Positions 37,408-47,544 are shown, numbered from the stretch's first letter. The stretch: 52,681 nucleotides of DNA from an uncultured Lachnospiraceae bacterium (GCA_964613425.1 CAZTHC010000002.1:1-52681), one strand, 5' to 3'. The notes: generated from the letters alone by a model not told the origin. Numbers and translations are program-made.

Positions 37408-38646
37408 TTATTTTATTATAAACATCATTGTAAGATTTACTATATTTAAAATCAATGATGCTGCAAGTATTGTAACAATTGCCTTATTTACGTTCTTACC
37501 TTTTTCTATGTTTGCTTCCTTATATAAAACATCATATTTGTTTTTGGTTTCCTTATATAATTCTTCTAATTCAAAAGTTTCTTTCCATTTTTGGTAAATT
37601 GCTGTACAGGTTTCGTCATGCGTTATTTCTTTAGACCACATAGTTTTTGTAAACTCTGCAAATTTCTTTTGGGCCTTTTCTATACTTCTACTATTTGCTA
37701 ATTCTTTGCCTAACTGTTTTAAATATATTTTTTGGTATAACCCCAATATTAAAGTATAAAAATATTGTGTCTCATACATATATGGCAATTTAGTATAATT
37801 AAAAATATCTACATCTGATGAAATAATGGCTCCACCTAATTTTGTAAATCCATACCTTGAATATTGCCATTTATCTATTACTTTTGCCTTATCTTTTCTC
37901 TCTTCTTGTGAGAAATCCGAATTATATTTGTTTGGTAGAACATTTACTAACTTCAAAAAATCGTTTTCTATATTTGAAAAATTATTTGTCTCATTCCAGT
38001 CTTTTGAATCAATACAAACATATGTATATGTGAAAAATTTCTGGTTATATAAGTCTTCTTTTCTATTTGTTCCTGTTAACTCATAAATAAATTCTGGTAG
38101 TTCTTTTATATCTTTAAAAATATCTGCTTGTATTTTAATATTTTCATATTCTCTTAAATTTGAAAATTCTGAGTTTGTTTCTCGAAACATATAATTGAAA
38201 TTTAACAAATCTGAAAAATTTTTATTTTCCTCTATATTTGTTTTTAAGCATAAAAAGCAAACTCCAGTATTGAAACATATTATTTCTATTTTTTCTATTT
38301 TAAAAAATATTCCGCTTTTTTCACCCATTTTTCCGTGCATTTTGTCTGGCAATTCATATTCAAATATTGAGCAACTATGTTTAGATATGAGCATAGACCT
38401 CATTTTTGTATCTATCTCGCTAATTTTTTGAATCTTTTCTTTCGTAAAATTAAAACTTGGAAATAAAAATTCTCTTGTATTTTGTACAAAATATGTGTAT
38501 AGCTCAAAATCTCTTTCTTTTTCAAAAATCTTTAATTTGATTTTTTTATTTTTCAATAATTTTAAAATATACTTATCATATTTTTCTGGTTGTACATAAA
38601 ATGGATGTATAAAATACGTATATTGATAATTTGTTTTTAATTCCAT
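37408..38646 (-). CDS. Hypothetical 412-aa protein with a single C-terminal TM helix
   Basis: RBS AAGGGG. C-terminal AIVTILAASLILNIVNLTMMFII. No motif recognised. Confidence 0.5.
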   Translation of the reverse strand: MELKTNYQYTYFIHPFYVQPEKYDKYILKLLKNKKIKLKIFEKERDFELYTYFVQNTREFLFPSFNFTKEKIQKISEIDTKMRSMLISKHSCSIFEYELPDKMHGKMGEKSGIFFKIEKIEIICFNTGVCFLCLKTNIEENKNFSDLLNFNYMFRETNSEFSNLREYENIKIQADIFKDIKELPEFIYELTGTNRKEDLYNQKFFTYTYVCIDSKDWNETNNFSNIENDFLKLVNVLPNKYNSDFSQEERKDKAKVIDKWQYSRYGFTKLGGAIISSDVDIFNYTKLPYMYETQYFYTLILGLYQKIYLKQLGKELANSRSIEKAQKKFAEFTKTMWSKEITHDETCTAIYQKWKETFELEELYKETKNKYDVLYKEANIEKGKNVNKAIVTILAASLILNIVNLTMMFIIK

Positions 38647-38660
38647 ATTTTTTGCCCCTT

Positions 38661-40166
38661 TTACTTAATATAATATACTCCGTTATCTTCTAAATGCCAT
38701 TGTCCAATAAAGTCTGTAAATATGCTATTATCTAGGTTTATACTTGGTGTTACTATCTCTTTTCCTATTTTATCTAAACATCCCCAAACTCCATCTTTTT
38801 TTACTGCACAATATCCATATTTGTTTTGTTCTGTTGCATCATCATAAATGTAGTCTACTACTACATTTCCAGATTTATTTACATATCCATATTTTCCATC
38901 TTTTTTACTTAAGAACAAGTTATTTGATGTAAGTAAATCTATATTTGTTTTTTCTTCAAATTTTAAGTTAAAATACTTATATTCGTTGTTTATTCTTGCT
39001 TTTATAAATCCCTTTTCTACATTTACTTGGCAAACTGTTCCCACAAATTTTTCTTCCAACTTGCTTGTGTATACAATAGTTTCTGTTTCTACTTTTTGTG
39101 CTTCTATGAAATCCGCATCTTCTCTATATATCATACTTATATATTCAAATTTTAATATTTCAGTATTAGATAAGTTTATAACTCCATATTTATTATCTTT
39201 TTTAGCAATATAGTTTTCATTAGAAATATATTCTAAATAATCGTATTGATATGGAATTTTTTCTTCTCCTGTTTTTGTTATAACTCCATACTTGCTATCT
39301 TTTTTTGCTACTATGTTCTCGAAATTAGCTTCTACAATTTCTGTAAAACCTTCTTCTAATATAACTGAATTATCTTTTCCAATTAGTTTCCATTTTCCAT
39401 CTTTTTTAGCAGCATACATTTCACTACTATTAATATATTTTACTTCATCATATTCTGTTTCTAGTATTTTAGCTTCATTTATACTCACAATTCCGTATTT
39501 ATTTTCCTCGTTTACAACAATGTAGCCGTTTCTATAATCTTGTCCTAATTTTAATATATTTTTATATTCTGGTTTAACTATTATTTGTCCAACAGTATTT
39601 ACAATTCCTACTTTATTATCTTTTCTAACTAATAAACTATTTGTTACACCTTTTAGTGTTGTTATTTCATCATATTCACAATTTAATAATTTCTCACCTT
39701 TGAAATTGATTAAACCATATTTCCCATTTTGTTTTACTCTTAAAGCATTATCTTCATACCAAATATCTGCTGTGTTTTCATAATTATCTAATGCTTCTAC
39801 TTTTTCATATTCTTTAAAAATTTCTTTATTATTCTCATCTATTACTCTTGTTGTATATTCTCCTGTTTCGTCGTTTATACTAGATACACATAAAAATACA
39901 GGTTTTGACTGATTTGGAACAACAATCATTTCCTCATATATTGGTTGTATAACAACTTCCCCATTACTGTTTATTACTCCCCATCTTTCGTTTTCACATA
40001 TTGTAAAGTAATTTTTAGAACTTAATTTTCCGTTCTCATTATTATTAAAAATTAACTTTCCTACAGAAATTATAATCATTATAATTACTGCCATTGCAAC
40101 TATTGCACCAATAACTTTTTTAATATTCAATTTTGGTTCATTTTCATATCTTTTTCCTTTACTCAT
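38661..40166 (-). CDS. WG-repeat (KWG-like) protein with an N-terminal membrane anchor
   Basis: Repeated KYG(L/V/I)IN..GE.. units (KYGLINFKGEKLL, KVGIVNTVGQIIV, KYGVINLSNTEIL, KYGYVNKSGNVVV). Start at the ATG at 40166, behind GGAGG. Confidence 0.65.
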   Translation of the reverse strand: MSKGKRYENEPKLNIKKVIGAIVAMAVIIMIIISVGKLIFNNNENGKLSSKNYFTICENERWGVINSNGEVVIQPIYEEMIVVPNQSKPVFLCVSSINDETGEYTTRVIDENNKEIFKEYEKVEALDNYENTADIWYEDNALRVKQNGKYGLINFKGEKLLNCEYDEITTLKGVTNSLLVRKDNKVGIVNTVGQIIVKPEYKNILKLGQDYRNGYIVVNEENKYGIVSINEAKILETEYDEVKYINSSEMYAAKKDGKWKLIGKDNSVILEEGFTEIVEANFENIVAKKDSKYGVITKTGEEKIPYQYDYLEYISNENYIAKKDNKYGVINLSNTEILKFEYISMIYREDADFIEAQKVETETIVYTSKLEEKFVGTVCQVNVEKGFIKARINNEYKYFNLKFEEKTNIDLLTSNNLFLSKKDGKYGYVNKSGNVVVDYIYDDATEQNKYGYCAVKKDGVWGCLDKIGKEIVTPSINLDNSIFTDFIGQWHLEDNGVYYIK

Positions 40167-40244
40167 AAAAACCTCCAACAGTTTTATTTTTCACGTATAC
40201 TATATCACATTTTTTATGTTAAATACAAGTATTTAATATGTTTT

Positions 40245-41045
40245 TTAAAATGGTAATAATAATCGTAACTTAAACTTCCACAAAGATGTATTATATGAAA
40301 AATTTAATCTTGGTATTTCGTAGTTTTTATCTTCTCTTGTTGCTTTCCTATATTCTTTTTTAGTTGGGCCAAATAAAAAAGCCAATTCATAATCATTTTC
40401 TCTTAAAGCCTCTTCCATTTTTTTGTTTTTATCCCCAAATGGATATGCATAAAATTTAGTATCTTTAATTTGTTTTTTAAATGTCTTTAAGTCATCACTT
40501 AATTCTTCTTTTTTTCTTTTTTCAACTAAACCGTGATCATGTAAATTATATGAATGTGAATGAAATTCTATATTAGGATATTCATTTTTACATTTCAAAA
40601 TTAACTCTTTTGAAATGTAATCCGTAAGACTACCGTTCCATTCGCTCTTTCCGTTTTCTATATATGCACCTGCTAGAAATACAGTTGCATTCATATTATA
40701 TTTCTTTAATATTGGAAATGCATATTGATAATTTGATAGTTTTCCATCGTCAAAAGTTATAAGCACACTTTTAAATGGTACTGAAATTTCACCTTTTTTC
40801 CATTTATAAAATTCTTCCATTGTTAGAGATTTATAATTATTCTTTGCTAAATATGATATTTGTTCTTCAAATGCATCTGTAGTAATTGTCCAAGTTTCCT
40901 CTGATGGAGTGTTTTCAATATCTTTTACTGTTCCAACATTATGATATGTTAATACAGAAACTCTTGGTTTACTATATAAAATTATAATTGTTGCAATTAT
41001 TATAACTAAAATTATTGTTATAATTATTAAAATTTTCTTTTTCAT
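40245..41045 (-). CDS. Polysaccharide deacetylase (NodB homology) family protein
   Basis: N-terminal TM, VLITFDDG motif, HSHSYNLH. Confidence 0.75.
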   Translation of the reverse strand: MKKKILIIITIILVIIIATIIILYSKPRVSVLTYHNVGTVKDIENTPSEETWTITTDAFEEQISYLAKNNYKSLTMEEFYKWKKGEISVPFKSVLITFDDGKLSNYQYAFPILKKYNMNATVFLAGAYIENGKSEWNGSLTDYISKELILKCKNEYPNIEFHSHSYNLHDHGLVEKRKKEELSDDLKTFKKQIKDTKFYAYPFGDKNKKMEEALRENDYELAFLFGPTKKEYRKATREDKNYEIPRLNFSYNTSLWKFKLRLLLPF

Positions 41046-41066
41046 AATTTTTCTCTCCTTATTTGC

Positions 41067-41150
41067 GGGTCGTCGAGGACGCCGACCCCCCTACAATTTG
41101 CATTGTGTTTGCAATTTCATTTTGGGCGTATACAATACGCCCCTACATGT
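41067..41150. repeat. Two tandem REP-like units in the divergent promoter region
   Basis: TTTGC GGGTCGTC gaggac GCCGACCC ccCTACAATTTGCATTGTG, then TTTTG GGCGTAT aca ATACGCC CCTACATG. The first unit starts about 20 nt upstream of the deacetylase RBS. Confidence 0.7.
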
Positions 41151-41227
41151 TATTTACAAATATCAGTCATTTTCTCATAATTTTTGTTTCTCTTCATATA
41201 ATTAATTAAATATTCATGGAGGTTTTT

Positions 41228-41686
41228 ATGATTGATTTAAAGAAACTTATATTTTCTATTGCTATTCCACTTTTGTTTGGATTTGTAGGTTATTTGCTTG
41301 GTGGAGATAACAGTATTTATTCTACTATTGTAACACCTGTTTTTGCGCCACCTAGCATTATTTTTCCTATTGTATGGACTATTTTGTATATATTAATGGG
41401 CATATCTTTTTATATAATAAGCACCTCTAACAGTAATGATATCAGCGAAGCAAACACTATTTATTACCTTCAACTTGTTGTAAATGCCTTGTGGCCATTA
41501 TTCTTTTTTAGATTTAATTTGTTCTTAATTTCATTTTTCTGGATTCTTTTGTTAATTGCTTTAGTTGCATATATGATTTATTTATTTTATAAAATTAAAC
41601 CCATTGCTGCATTTCTGCAAATTCCATATTTGTTATGGCTAATTTTTGCTAGCATTCTCAACTTTGCTATTTTTGTACTTAATTAA
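41228..41686 (+). CDS. tspO: TspO/MBR family tryptophan-rich sensory protein
   Basis: Five TM segments. PPSIIFPIVWTILYILMGIS and YYLQLVVNALWPLFFF motifs. Start at the ATG at 41228, behind GGAGG. Confidence 0.75.
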   Translation: MIDLKKLIFSIAIPLLFGFVGYLLGGDNSIYSTIVTPVFAPPSIIFPIVWTILYILMGISFYIISTSNSNDISEANTIYYLQLVVNALWPLFFFRFNLFLISFFWILLLIALVAYMIYLFYKIKPIAAFLQIPYLLWLIFASILNFAIFVLN

Positions 41687-42580
41687 TTATTCAATTGATA
41701 ATATTACTAAACTTATTATAATAAGTGCTATTAACATATACTGCTTTTTGTTTAATTTTTCTTTTAAAAATATTCGTGACAATATTAAAGAAACAATACT
41801 ATATGCCGCTATAAATGGGGAAGCTAACGCCGCTTCTCCAAATGCAAATGTATATATGTATGTATATTGCCCTGCTGTTTCTATTAAAGTTCCAATTAAC
41901 TTTTTATCTAGTAAATTTGAAATTTGTTTAATTTCAAATTTTTTCTTCTCTTTTCTATTCTTAATTTTTAATAACACAAATGAACCTATTCCTATTACAC
42001 AGTAAATAAACGAAAATGCAATAATAAGTTGCTCCGCGCTCAAAGTTTCATCTAATGTATAATCGTCTAAAAATGAACCTATTCCGTCTAACAACCAATA
42101 TCCTAATGCAAATAGAATTCCGGCTATATACTTTTTGGAACTTTTAATTTTATCTGATTCATTAATTTCTGACTTATTAATTGATAATAAAATAATCCCT
42201 ACAACAATCGCTACTACTGATACTATTTGGATTATACTTAATTCTTGTTTTAATAAAATTACACATAATAAACAAGTTATAGCACAAGATGAATTTTGCA
42301 ATGGTGAAATTATTGATATTTTCACAAGCCTCATTGCTTTATATGTAAGAAACATTGATGTTATAAATATTATAGAAACTGGTAAATAAGTTAATATAAC
42401 CTTTAAATTCATTTCTGTCTGTGTAATTAGCATAAATGCTGTTGCACAAACGCCTAAAATTATTCCATTGTATGATATAAGTTTTAAAACACTATCTGGT
42501 TCTTTGTTTGATACACTTTTGAAAATTGTTTCTGAAGTACCCCATAAAATTACTGTAATTACTGCAAATATAATCCACAT
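41687..42580 (-). CDS. EamA/DMT-family transporter
   Basis: About 10 TM segments in two EamA-like halves. Convergent with tspO with no spacer. Confidence 0.65.
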   Translation of the reverse strand: MWIIFAVITVILWGTSETIFKSVSNKEPDSVLKLISYNGIILGVCATAFMLITQTEMNLKVILTYLPVSIIFITSMFLTYKAMRLVKISIISPLQNSSCAITCLLCVILLKQELSIIQIVSVVAIVVGIILLSINKSEINESDKIKSSKKYIAGILFALGYWLLDGIGSFLDDYTLDETLSAEQLIIAFSFIYCVIGIGSFVLLKIKNRKEKKKFEIKQISNLLDKKLIGTLIETAGQYTYIYTFAFGEAALASPFIAAYSIVSLILSRIFLKEKLNKKQYMLIALIIISLVILSIE

Positions 42581-42627
42581 TTCTTATCTCTTCTTTCGTA
42601 TAAATATATTTCTTGCATATTATAACA

Positions 42628-43830
42628 TTATAGTTTCATAATGTCATCCAAATTTAAATTATTTGCTCTTGTTATGCTATTGTATCCATATTTTTTCTTT
42701 ATTTCATCAACTGTTTTATCTATATTCTCTTGCTTTTCACTTTTATTATCGTTAAATATAGAAAGCTGAACCTCGTCTTTTCCAACTAAATTATCTACTC
42801 TTACTCCTATTAATCTTATAAATGTTCCTGGAATATACATTTCATTTAATAACTGTTTTGCTTTTCCATAAATGTCTTTTGTATTTGAAGTTGCTATAAT
42901 TAATTTTCCTTGATGGGTTGCATCTTTAAAATCTTTGGTTCTCAATTGAACATTTACTGTATTTGCAAGCATATTATACTTTCTAAGCCTATATGCTACT
43001 TCTTCTGTTAATGAATACAAAATTTTTTCCATTTTCATAATGTCTGTAATATCTATTGGCAAAGTCGTAGATTTACCAACACCTTTAGGTAATACTTGTT
43101 CATATACAACTTCTGAATTGTCTATTCCATTTGCATATTCCCACATTAATTTTCCATGTTTTCCAAACTTTTTAACAAGAAAATTCATATCCGTTTTTGC
43201 TAAATCTCCTATAGTTTTAATTCTTAAATTATATAATTTTGGAACAGTTTTCTTTCCTAACATAAATAATTCAGTTATTGGTAACTCCCACATTTTTGTT
43301 GGTATTTCTCCTTCAAATAAAGTATGTACTTTATTTGGTTTAGTAAAATCTGACGCCATTTTTGCTAATAATTTATTGTGAGCAACCCCTATATTAACTG
43401 TAAAACCAAGCTCTTCTCTAACCTGTTTACTAATTGTATTTGCTATTTCCAATAAAGATTTTCCAGCTAGATAATTTGTCATATCTAAAAAGCATTCATC
43501 AACCGAAAATCTTTCTATTTTATCTGTATATTGTTGTAATAATTTATATAATGCATTTGAGTATTCATGGTATATAGTATATGCTCCAGCATATACTTGT
43601 AAATTAGGACACTTTTTTCTAGCGCTGTATAAAGTTTCACCTGTAACTATTCCACATTGTTTTGCTTTATTACTTTTGGCTAAAACAATTCCTGCTCTTC
43701 TACTTTCATCTCCACCAATTACAGCAACTTGTTCTCGTATATCCACGGTTTCTCCATTTTTCAATTTATACACTGCAAGCCATGAAAGAAATGCATTATT
43801 AACATCTATATGTAATATTTGTCTTTCCAT
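42628..43830 (-). CDS. dinB: DNA polymerase IV (Y-family)
   Basis: ILHIDVNNAFLS, SVDECFLDMT, and the little-finger region organisation. Confidence 0.9.
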   Translation of the reverse strand: MERQILHIDVNNAFLSWLAVYKLKNGETVDIREQVAVIGGDESRRAGIVLAKSNKAKQCGIVTGETLYSARKKCPNLQVYAGAYTIYHEYSNALYKLLQQYTDKIERFSVDECFLDMTNYLAGKSLLEIANTISKQVREELGFTVNIGVAHNKLLAKMASDFTKPNKVHTLFEGEIPTKMWELPITELFMLGKKTVPKLYNLRIKTIGDLAKTDMNFLVKKFGKHGKLMWEYANGIDNSEVVYEQVLPKGVGKSTTLPIDITDIMKMEKILYSLTEEVAYRLRKYNMLANTVNVQLRTKDFKDATHQGKLIIATSNTKDIYGKAKQLLNEMYIPGTFIRLIGVRVDNLVGKDEVQLSIFNDNKSEKQENIDKTVDEIKKKYGYNSITRANNLNLDDIMKL

Positions 43831-43852
43831 AATATCACCTGTGTTTATTATA

Positions 43853-43864
43853 GAACGTTTGTTT
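43853..43864. promoter_or_regulatory. Putative LexA (SOS/Cheo-type) operator upstream of dinB
   Basis: GAACGTTTGTTT fits GAAC-N4-GTT(C/T). It lies 23 nt upstream of the dinB start codon. Confidence 0.55.
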
Positions 43865-44034
43865 TATGTTTGTCAATAGATAATGTGAATAATTGTAATT
43901 CAGGCATTATGCCTACCCGCAAGGAAATGGTGACATATTGCAAGCTGTATGGGGCTGGTTTCTAAATCTGTCCGTGACAAAAATATTGATGCAATGGGTG
44001 TTCAAAAAAAAAATTAAATTTATATAAAAAAGTA

Positions 44035-44063
44035 TTGACAAACTATTTTTATCTATATATAAT
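44035..44063 (+). promoter_or_regulatory. Consensus sigma-A promoter
   Basis: TTGACA, 17-nt spacer, TATAAT, about 38 nt upstream of the ATG at 44102. Confidence 0.65.
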
Positions 44064-44101
44064 AACTTCAATTTAGCGAACAATATTTTGGGGGTTATAT
44101 T

Positions 44102-44620
44102 ATGAATAAAGCAGGTTTAAATAAGTCTTTTCTAACAGTAAGTCTTTTAGGAAAAGCTTTAAAATTAAATATAAAATATAAGAATAATTCTAATATTGAA
44201 TTATCTAAAAAACAAAATGAATTACATTTAGTTTTACCTACTTTTTATAAAAAAGCAGATAAAATTACTGTAATAAATTCTGCTATACAAAAATTATATT
44301 TTGAAGTTGCTTCTACAGAATTAGAAAATTCTATGGAAATTGCTAGGCACATTTTACAATTTGCCCCAGAAGATTATTCTATACAACCTATAGAAAATGC
44401 ATTCTACAAATGTTTAAAATCTAATGTTCTTTTAATAGACCCAAGTATTGTAAAGTATAACTCTAATATTATTACAACTACTATAATTCAAGCATTTTGT
44501 AAAATAAAATGCAAAAAAAATGCTGCTTTATACAAAGCAACTTTATTTGATGCACTAAAAAAATATGAAGGATATAAAATTAATAATAATTCTATAACCT
44601 TCATGCAAAAAGCTATTTAA
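44102..44620 (+). CDS. DUF45/YgjP (SprT-like) family homolog with a degenerate metal site
   Basis: Layout resembles YgjP. Where HExxHxxxxNHS..FW is expected, the sequence reads IIQAFCKIKCKKNAALYKAT. Confidence 0.4.
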   Translation: MNKAGLNKSFLTVSLLGKALKLNIKYKNNSNIELSKKQNELHLVLPTFYKKADKITVINSAIQKLYFEVASTELENSMEIARHILQFAPEDYSIQPIENAFYKCLKSNVLLIDPSIVKYNSNIITTTIIQAFCKIKCKKNAALYKATLFDALKKYEGYKINNNSITFMQKAI

Positions 44621-44643
44621 CAGTAAATTATAATTGTATTTTA

Positions 44644-45357
44644 TTATACGTATATAATTTCAACTCCACCTAATCTTACATTCCCATCTATTACTAATGT
44701 AGGTCCTTCAGATTCATATTTTCTATTCTTTTCATCTATTCCACCTAGTGCAGTGTCTGCATTGTTTACAACTTTCCATGTTTTTGGAATATATAATTCT
44801 ACTCCAGAGAAAGACACATCTAAATTAACCTTTGCAGTACCAAATGGTATTTTTGCGTTATCAAAATATACACTAGCTGCTCCAAAAGATGTACTTAAAT
44901 TTACTTGTTTTAAATTTTCTGTTTTTATATATTTTACAGCAGATCCGAAGTGAACCTTTATATCTATTACTTCACCGTCTTCTGAAGTTTCTATTACTTC
45001 TGGTTCTCCTTCTCCACATTTATGAACACAAGTGTGTACATGGCAAAAATCTTCAGGTTTTTTATGGAATATCATTGAGAATCCTATACTTGCTAATATT
45101 GCTGTAATTATTATTGCCCATGGTGATATACTTGCAATTCCTAATGGTTCTTTATAAATTAATGCCAATACTGTTAGTGAAAAGAATATTCCGAAAAAAT
45201 TTACTGTGAATAGACTTTTAATAATTATTGGTATTAATAATACCGTACATATTAATGTAAAAAGTCCTATCCCTTCAAAAAGTCCGAATTGACTAGCAAT
45301 TATCACTCCTGCAGCTATTACAAAAAATAGCCCCCAAAACCAATCTTTAAATTTCAT
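44644..45357 (-). CDS. Membrane protein (4-5 TM) with a beta-rich LiaF-like C-terminal domain; probable partner of the LytTR regulator
   Basis: Start at the ATG at 45357 behind AGGAGAA, overlapping the LytTR gene stop by 11 nt. MKFKDWFWGLFFVIAAGVII... C-terminal GGIDEKNRKYESEGPTLVIDGNVRLGGVEIIYV. Confidence 0.55.
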   Translation of the reverse strand: MKFKDWFWGLFFVIAAGVIIASQFGLFEGIGLFTLICTVLLIPIIIKSLFTVNFFGIFFSLTVLALIYKEPLGIASISPWAIIITAILASIGFSMIFHKKPEDFCHVHTCVHKCGEGEPEVIETSEDGEVIDIKVHFGSAVKYIKTENLKQVNLSTSFGAASVYFDNAKIPFGTAKVNLDVSFSGVELYIPKTWKVVNNADTALGGIDEKNRKYESEGPTLVIDGNVRLGGVEIIYV

Positions 45358-45811
45358 AATTTCTCCTTTCATCAAGTCTATTTTTAAGTTCCTTATAATA
45401 ATTTCTCGAAACATAGACTTGCTTATAACTTTTATTAAACTCTATTAAACTTGAAGATGTAAAATTTCTGCTAATTAAATGTATATGATTTACATTTAAT
45501 ATTGTGGATTTAGAAATTCTTATAAAATTATTTGGAAGAATTTCTTCTAGTTCGTATAAACAATATTTAATTTTAAAAACTTCATCTGTAGTATGCGCAT
45601 CTACTTTACCATCTGAAGTTTCGAAAAACAAAATTGCTTCTACTGGGAAATAGTATTCTTTTTCTTCTTTATAAAATGTAAATTTTTGAGCTTGCAACGT
45701 TATTTCTGAAATTGCTTGTTGTATTTGCTGTATTTCTTTACTAAGCTTGCCACATTTAATTACTATTTCATCTTCTTCAATATTTTCAGACAAATCAATT
45801 CTTATTTTCAT
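45347..45811 (-). CDS. LytTR-domain DNA-binding protein (no receiver domain)
   Basis: C-terminal FIRISKSTILNVNHIHLI...YVSRNYYKELKNRL fits the LytTR fold pattern. Confidence 0.7.
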   Translation of the reverse strand: MKIRIDLSENIEEDEIVIKCGKLSKEIQQIQQAISEITLQAQKFTFYKEEKEYYFPVEAILFFETSDGKVDAHTTDEVFKIKYCLYELEEILPNNFIRISKSTILNVNHIHLISRNFTSSSLIEFNKSYKQVYVSRNYYKELKNRLDERRNYEI

Positions 45812-45942
45812 TTTTTCATCTCCATTATCATTATAACTTTTTATAAAAATGATGTAAATATAATATTAGTAAGAGGTATATTTTTGACAATAAGAGGTAA
45901 ATTTTAAAAGATAAACACTATTTTTAATGTTTATCTTTCCAA

Positions 45943-47385
45943 TTATCTTTTTAAAAATTTAGTTCTAACTATATCTCTTATTTCATATACATATTCATCT
46001 TTTAGTACAATTAGTACAATTAAATATGTAATTCCTCCTGCTATCATTTTAGCTATTAAAGAAGCTATACCACTTTCAATAAATATTCCTAATATCATAC
46101 ATACTGCAAACATAATAATTGATGCTATACAATAATTTTTACCAGATATAAGTCCCTTTTTAATATCTATCTCTCGCCTTACATATAGTACTTGCACTAT
46201 AACAACAATAATTTGTGATACAGAAGTTACTATTGCTGCTCCCAAAGCTCCACTTATTGGTATAAATACTAAATTGAATATGCAATTAATAATTAACCCA
46301 GCTAATATTGATAAAGTATATTCTTTCTGCTTTTTTGTTGGTAATAAATATTGTATACCAAGTACATTTGTGATGCCACATAATAGAATTATAGGCGCCA
46401 ATACATAAATTAAACTTACTGTTTGTTCATATCCTGCTCCCAAAAATATAGGAACAAATTCCTTCGCAACTGCTATTATTCCAATTGTCATCGGAAATGC
46501 TAATAAATAAACAAATCTAAATGATTTATTTATATATACATTTATTTGCTTTCTATCTCCACTTGCAAATATACTTGCAATTCTAGGAACCATTACAAGC
46601 CCTAGTGAAGAAACTACTGTAAATAATACATTTATTACTTTATATGCTTCTTCATAGTTACCTAATTCTGCCTTTCCCGGAATCATATATCCTATCATTG
46701 TTCTATCTACAATGCCATATACTCTACTAGCTATTTGTGGTATAAAAAGCAAAATTATTGGTAATGCATGTTTTATTAAAGTTACATTTTTTATTTTTAC
46801 CCCTTTAAAATATTTAGGTAAATAAAACCATAATGAAAGATTTCCCAAAAAGTCTGCCAAAGAGTAAATTAATAGGTATTTCCACAAATCTTCACTGTTT
46901 CTTACAAATATAAAAATACAACCTACACTTATTATTCTTACCAATACATTTCTTGTAACAGTTTTTTTAAATTCTTCTAATCCTTGGAAGAACCAGCTTA
47001 TGTCTAAACCTATTGCAAACAAATATAACAATAAAATTTGATAATATTGTTTATATTCATTATTAATTGTAAACATAAAGAAAAATACTGTCATTGAAAT
47101 TAACATTGTAATAAGTCTAAATGAAATTATTTCAAAAAAAGCCTTCTTTCTTTCGCTTGGATTATCTCTTACATACGCAATTTCTCTTTGCCCATACATA
47201 GAAACTCCTAGTGTTCCAAACAATATAAAATACGTTACGTTAGCTATTGTAAAACTATAAATTCCTACATTTTCTGCGCCTAAAACTCTAGATATATATG
47301 GGGTAGTTATAATAGGTAATATTAATATAACTACTTGGTATATTAAATTATATAAAAAATTCTTTTTTACACTTTTGCTTCCCAA
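45943..47385 (-). CDS. Wzx-type oligosaccharide flippase (MOP superfamily)
   Basis: About 14 TM segments. N-terminal KKNFLYNLIYQVVILILPIITTPYISRVLGAENVGIYSF is typical of polysaccharide biosynthesis flippases. TTG start. Confidence 0.75.
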   Translation of the reverse strand: MGSKSVKKNFLYNLIYQVVILILPIITTPYISRVLGAENVGIYSFTIANVTYFILFGTLGVSMYGQREIAYVRDNPSERKKAFFEIISFRLITMLISMTVFFFMFTINNEYKQYYQILLLYLFAIGLDISWFFQGLEEFKKTVTRNVLVRIISVGCIFIFVRNSEDLWKYLLIYSLADFLGNLSLWFYLPKYFKGVKIKNVTLIKHALPIILLFIPQIASRVYGIVDRTMIGYMIPGKAELGNYEEAYKVINVLFTVVSSLGLVMVPRIASIFASGDRKQINVYINKSFRFVYLLAFPMTIGIIAVAKEFVPIFLGAGYEQTVSLIYVLAPIILLCGITNVLGIQYLLPTKKQKEYTLSILAGLIINCIFNLVFIPISGALGAAIVTSVSQIIVVIVQVLYVRREIDIKKGLISGKNYCIASIIMFAVCMILGIFIESGIASLIAKMIAGGITYLIVLIVLKDEYVYEIRDIVRTKFLKR

Positions 47386-47544
47386 ATTTCTTTCATTCCT
47401 TTTAATTAAATTAATTTCAGCATAATAATATCAATATTTATGCCTATTTATAGTACTTCACATTACTATAAAAGCATTATAACATAAAAATAAATAAAAT
47501 AGTATTTTATTTGCACTTTTTTATTGAAATAAATCTTTGCAAAC

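Noticed and set aside
7701-41150. REP-like hairpins considered as ordinary rho-independent terminators.
   Set aside because: No U-tract follows the stem on either strand. On the plus strand CTACA follows. On the minus strand CAAAAT or GAAAAA follows. Several copies lie in 5' regions or between co-transcribed genes. Bona fide terminators in the window (5391, 24525, 33944) look different.
43930-43980. Purine-riboswitch-like fragment (GCUGUAUGGGGCUGGUUUCUAAAUCUGUCCGUGAC).
   Set aside because: Only the P2/L2 and J2/3-like parts are recognisable and there is no P1 or P3 pairing. It lies upstream of the promoter of the plus-strand gene and on the wrong side for dinB. The surrounding sequence is better explained as a degenerate inverted REP-like unit (CATATTGCAAG ... 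AGGCATTATGCCT).
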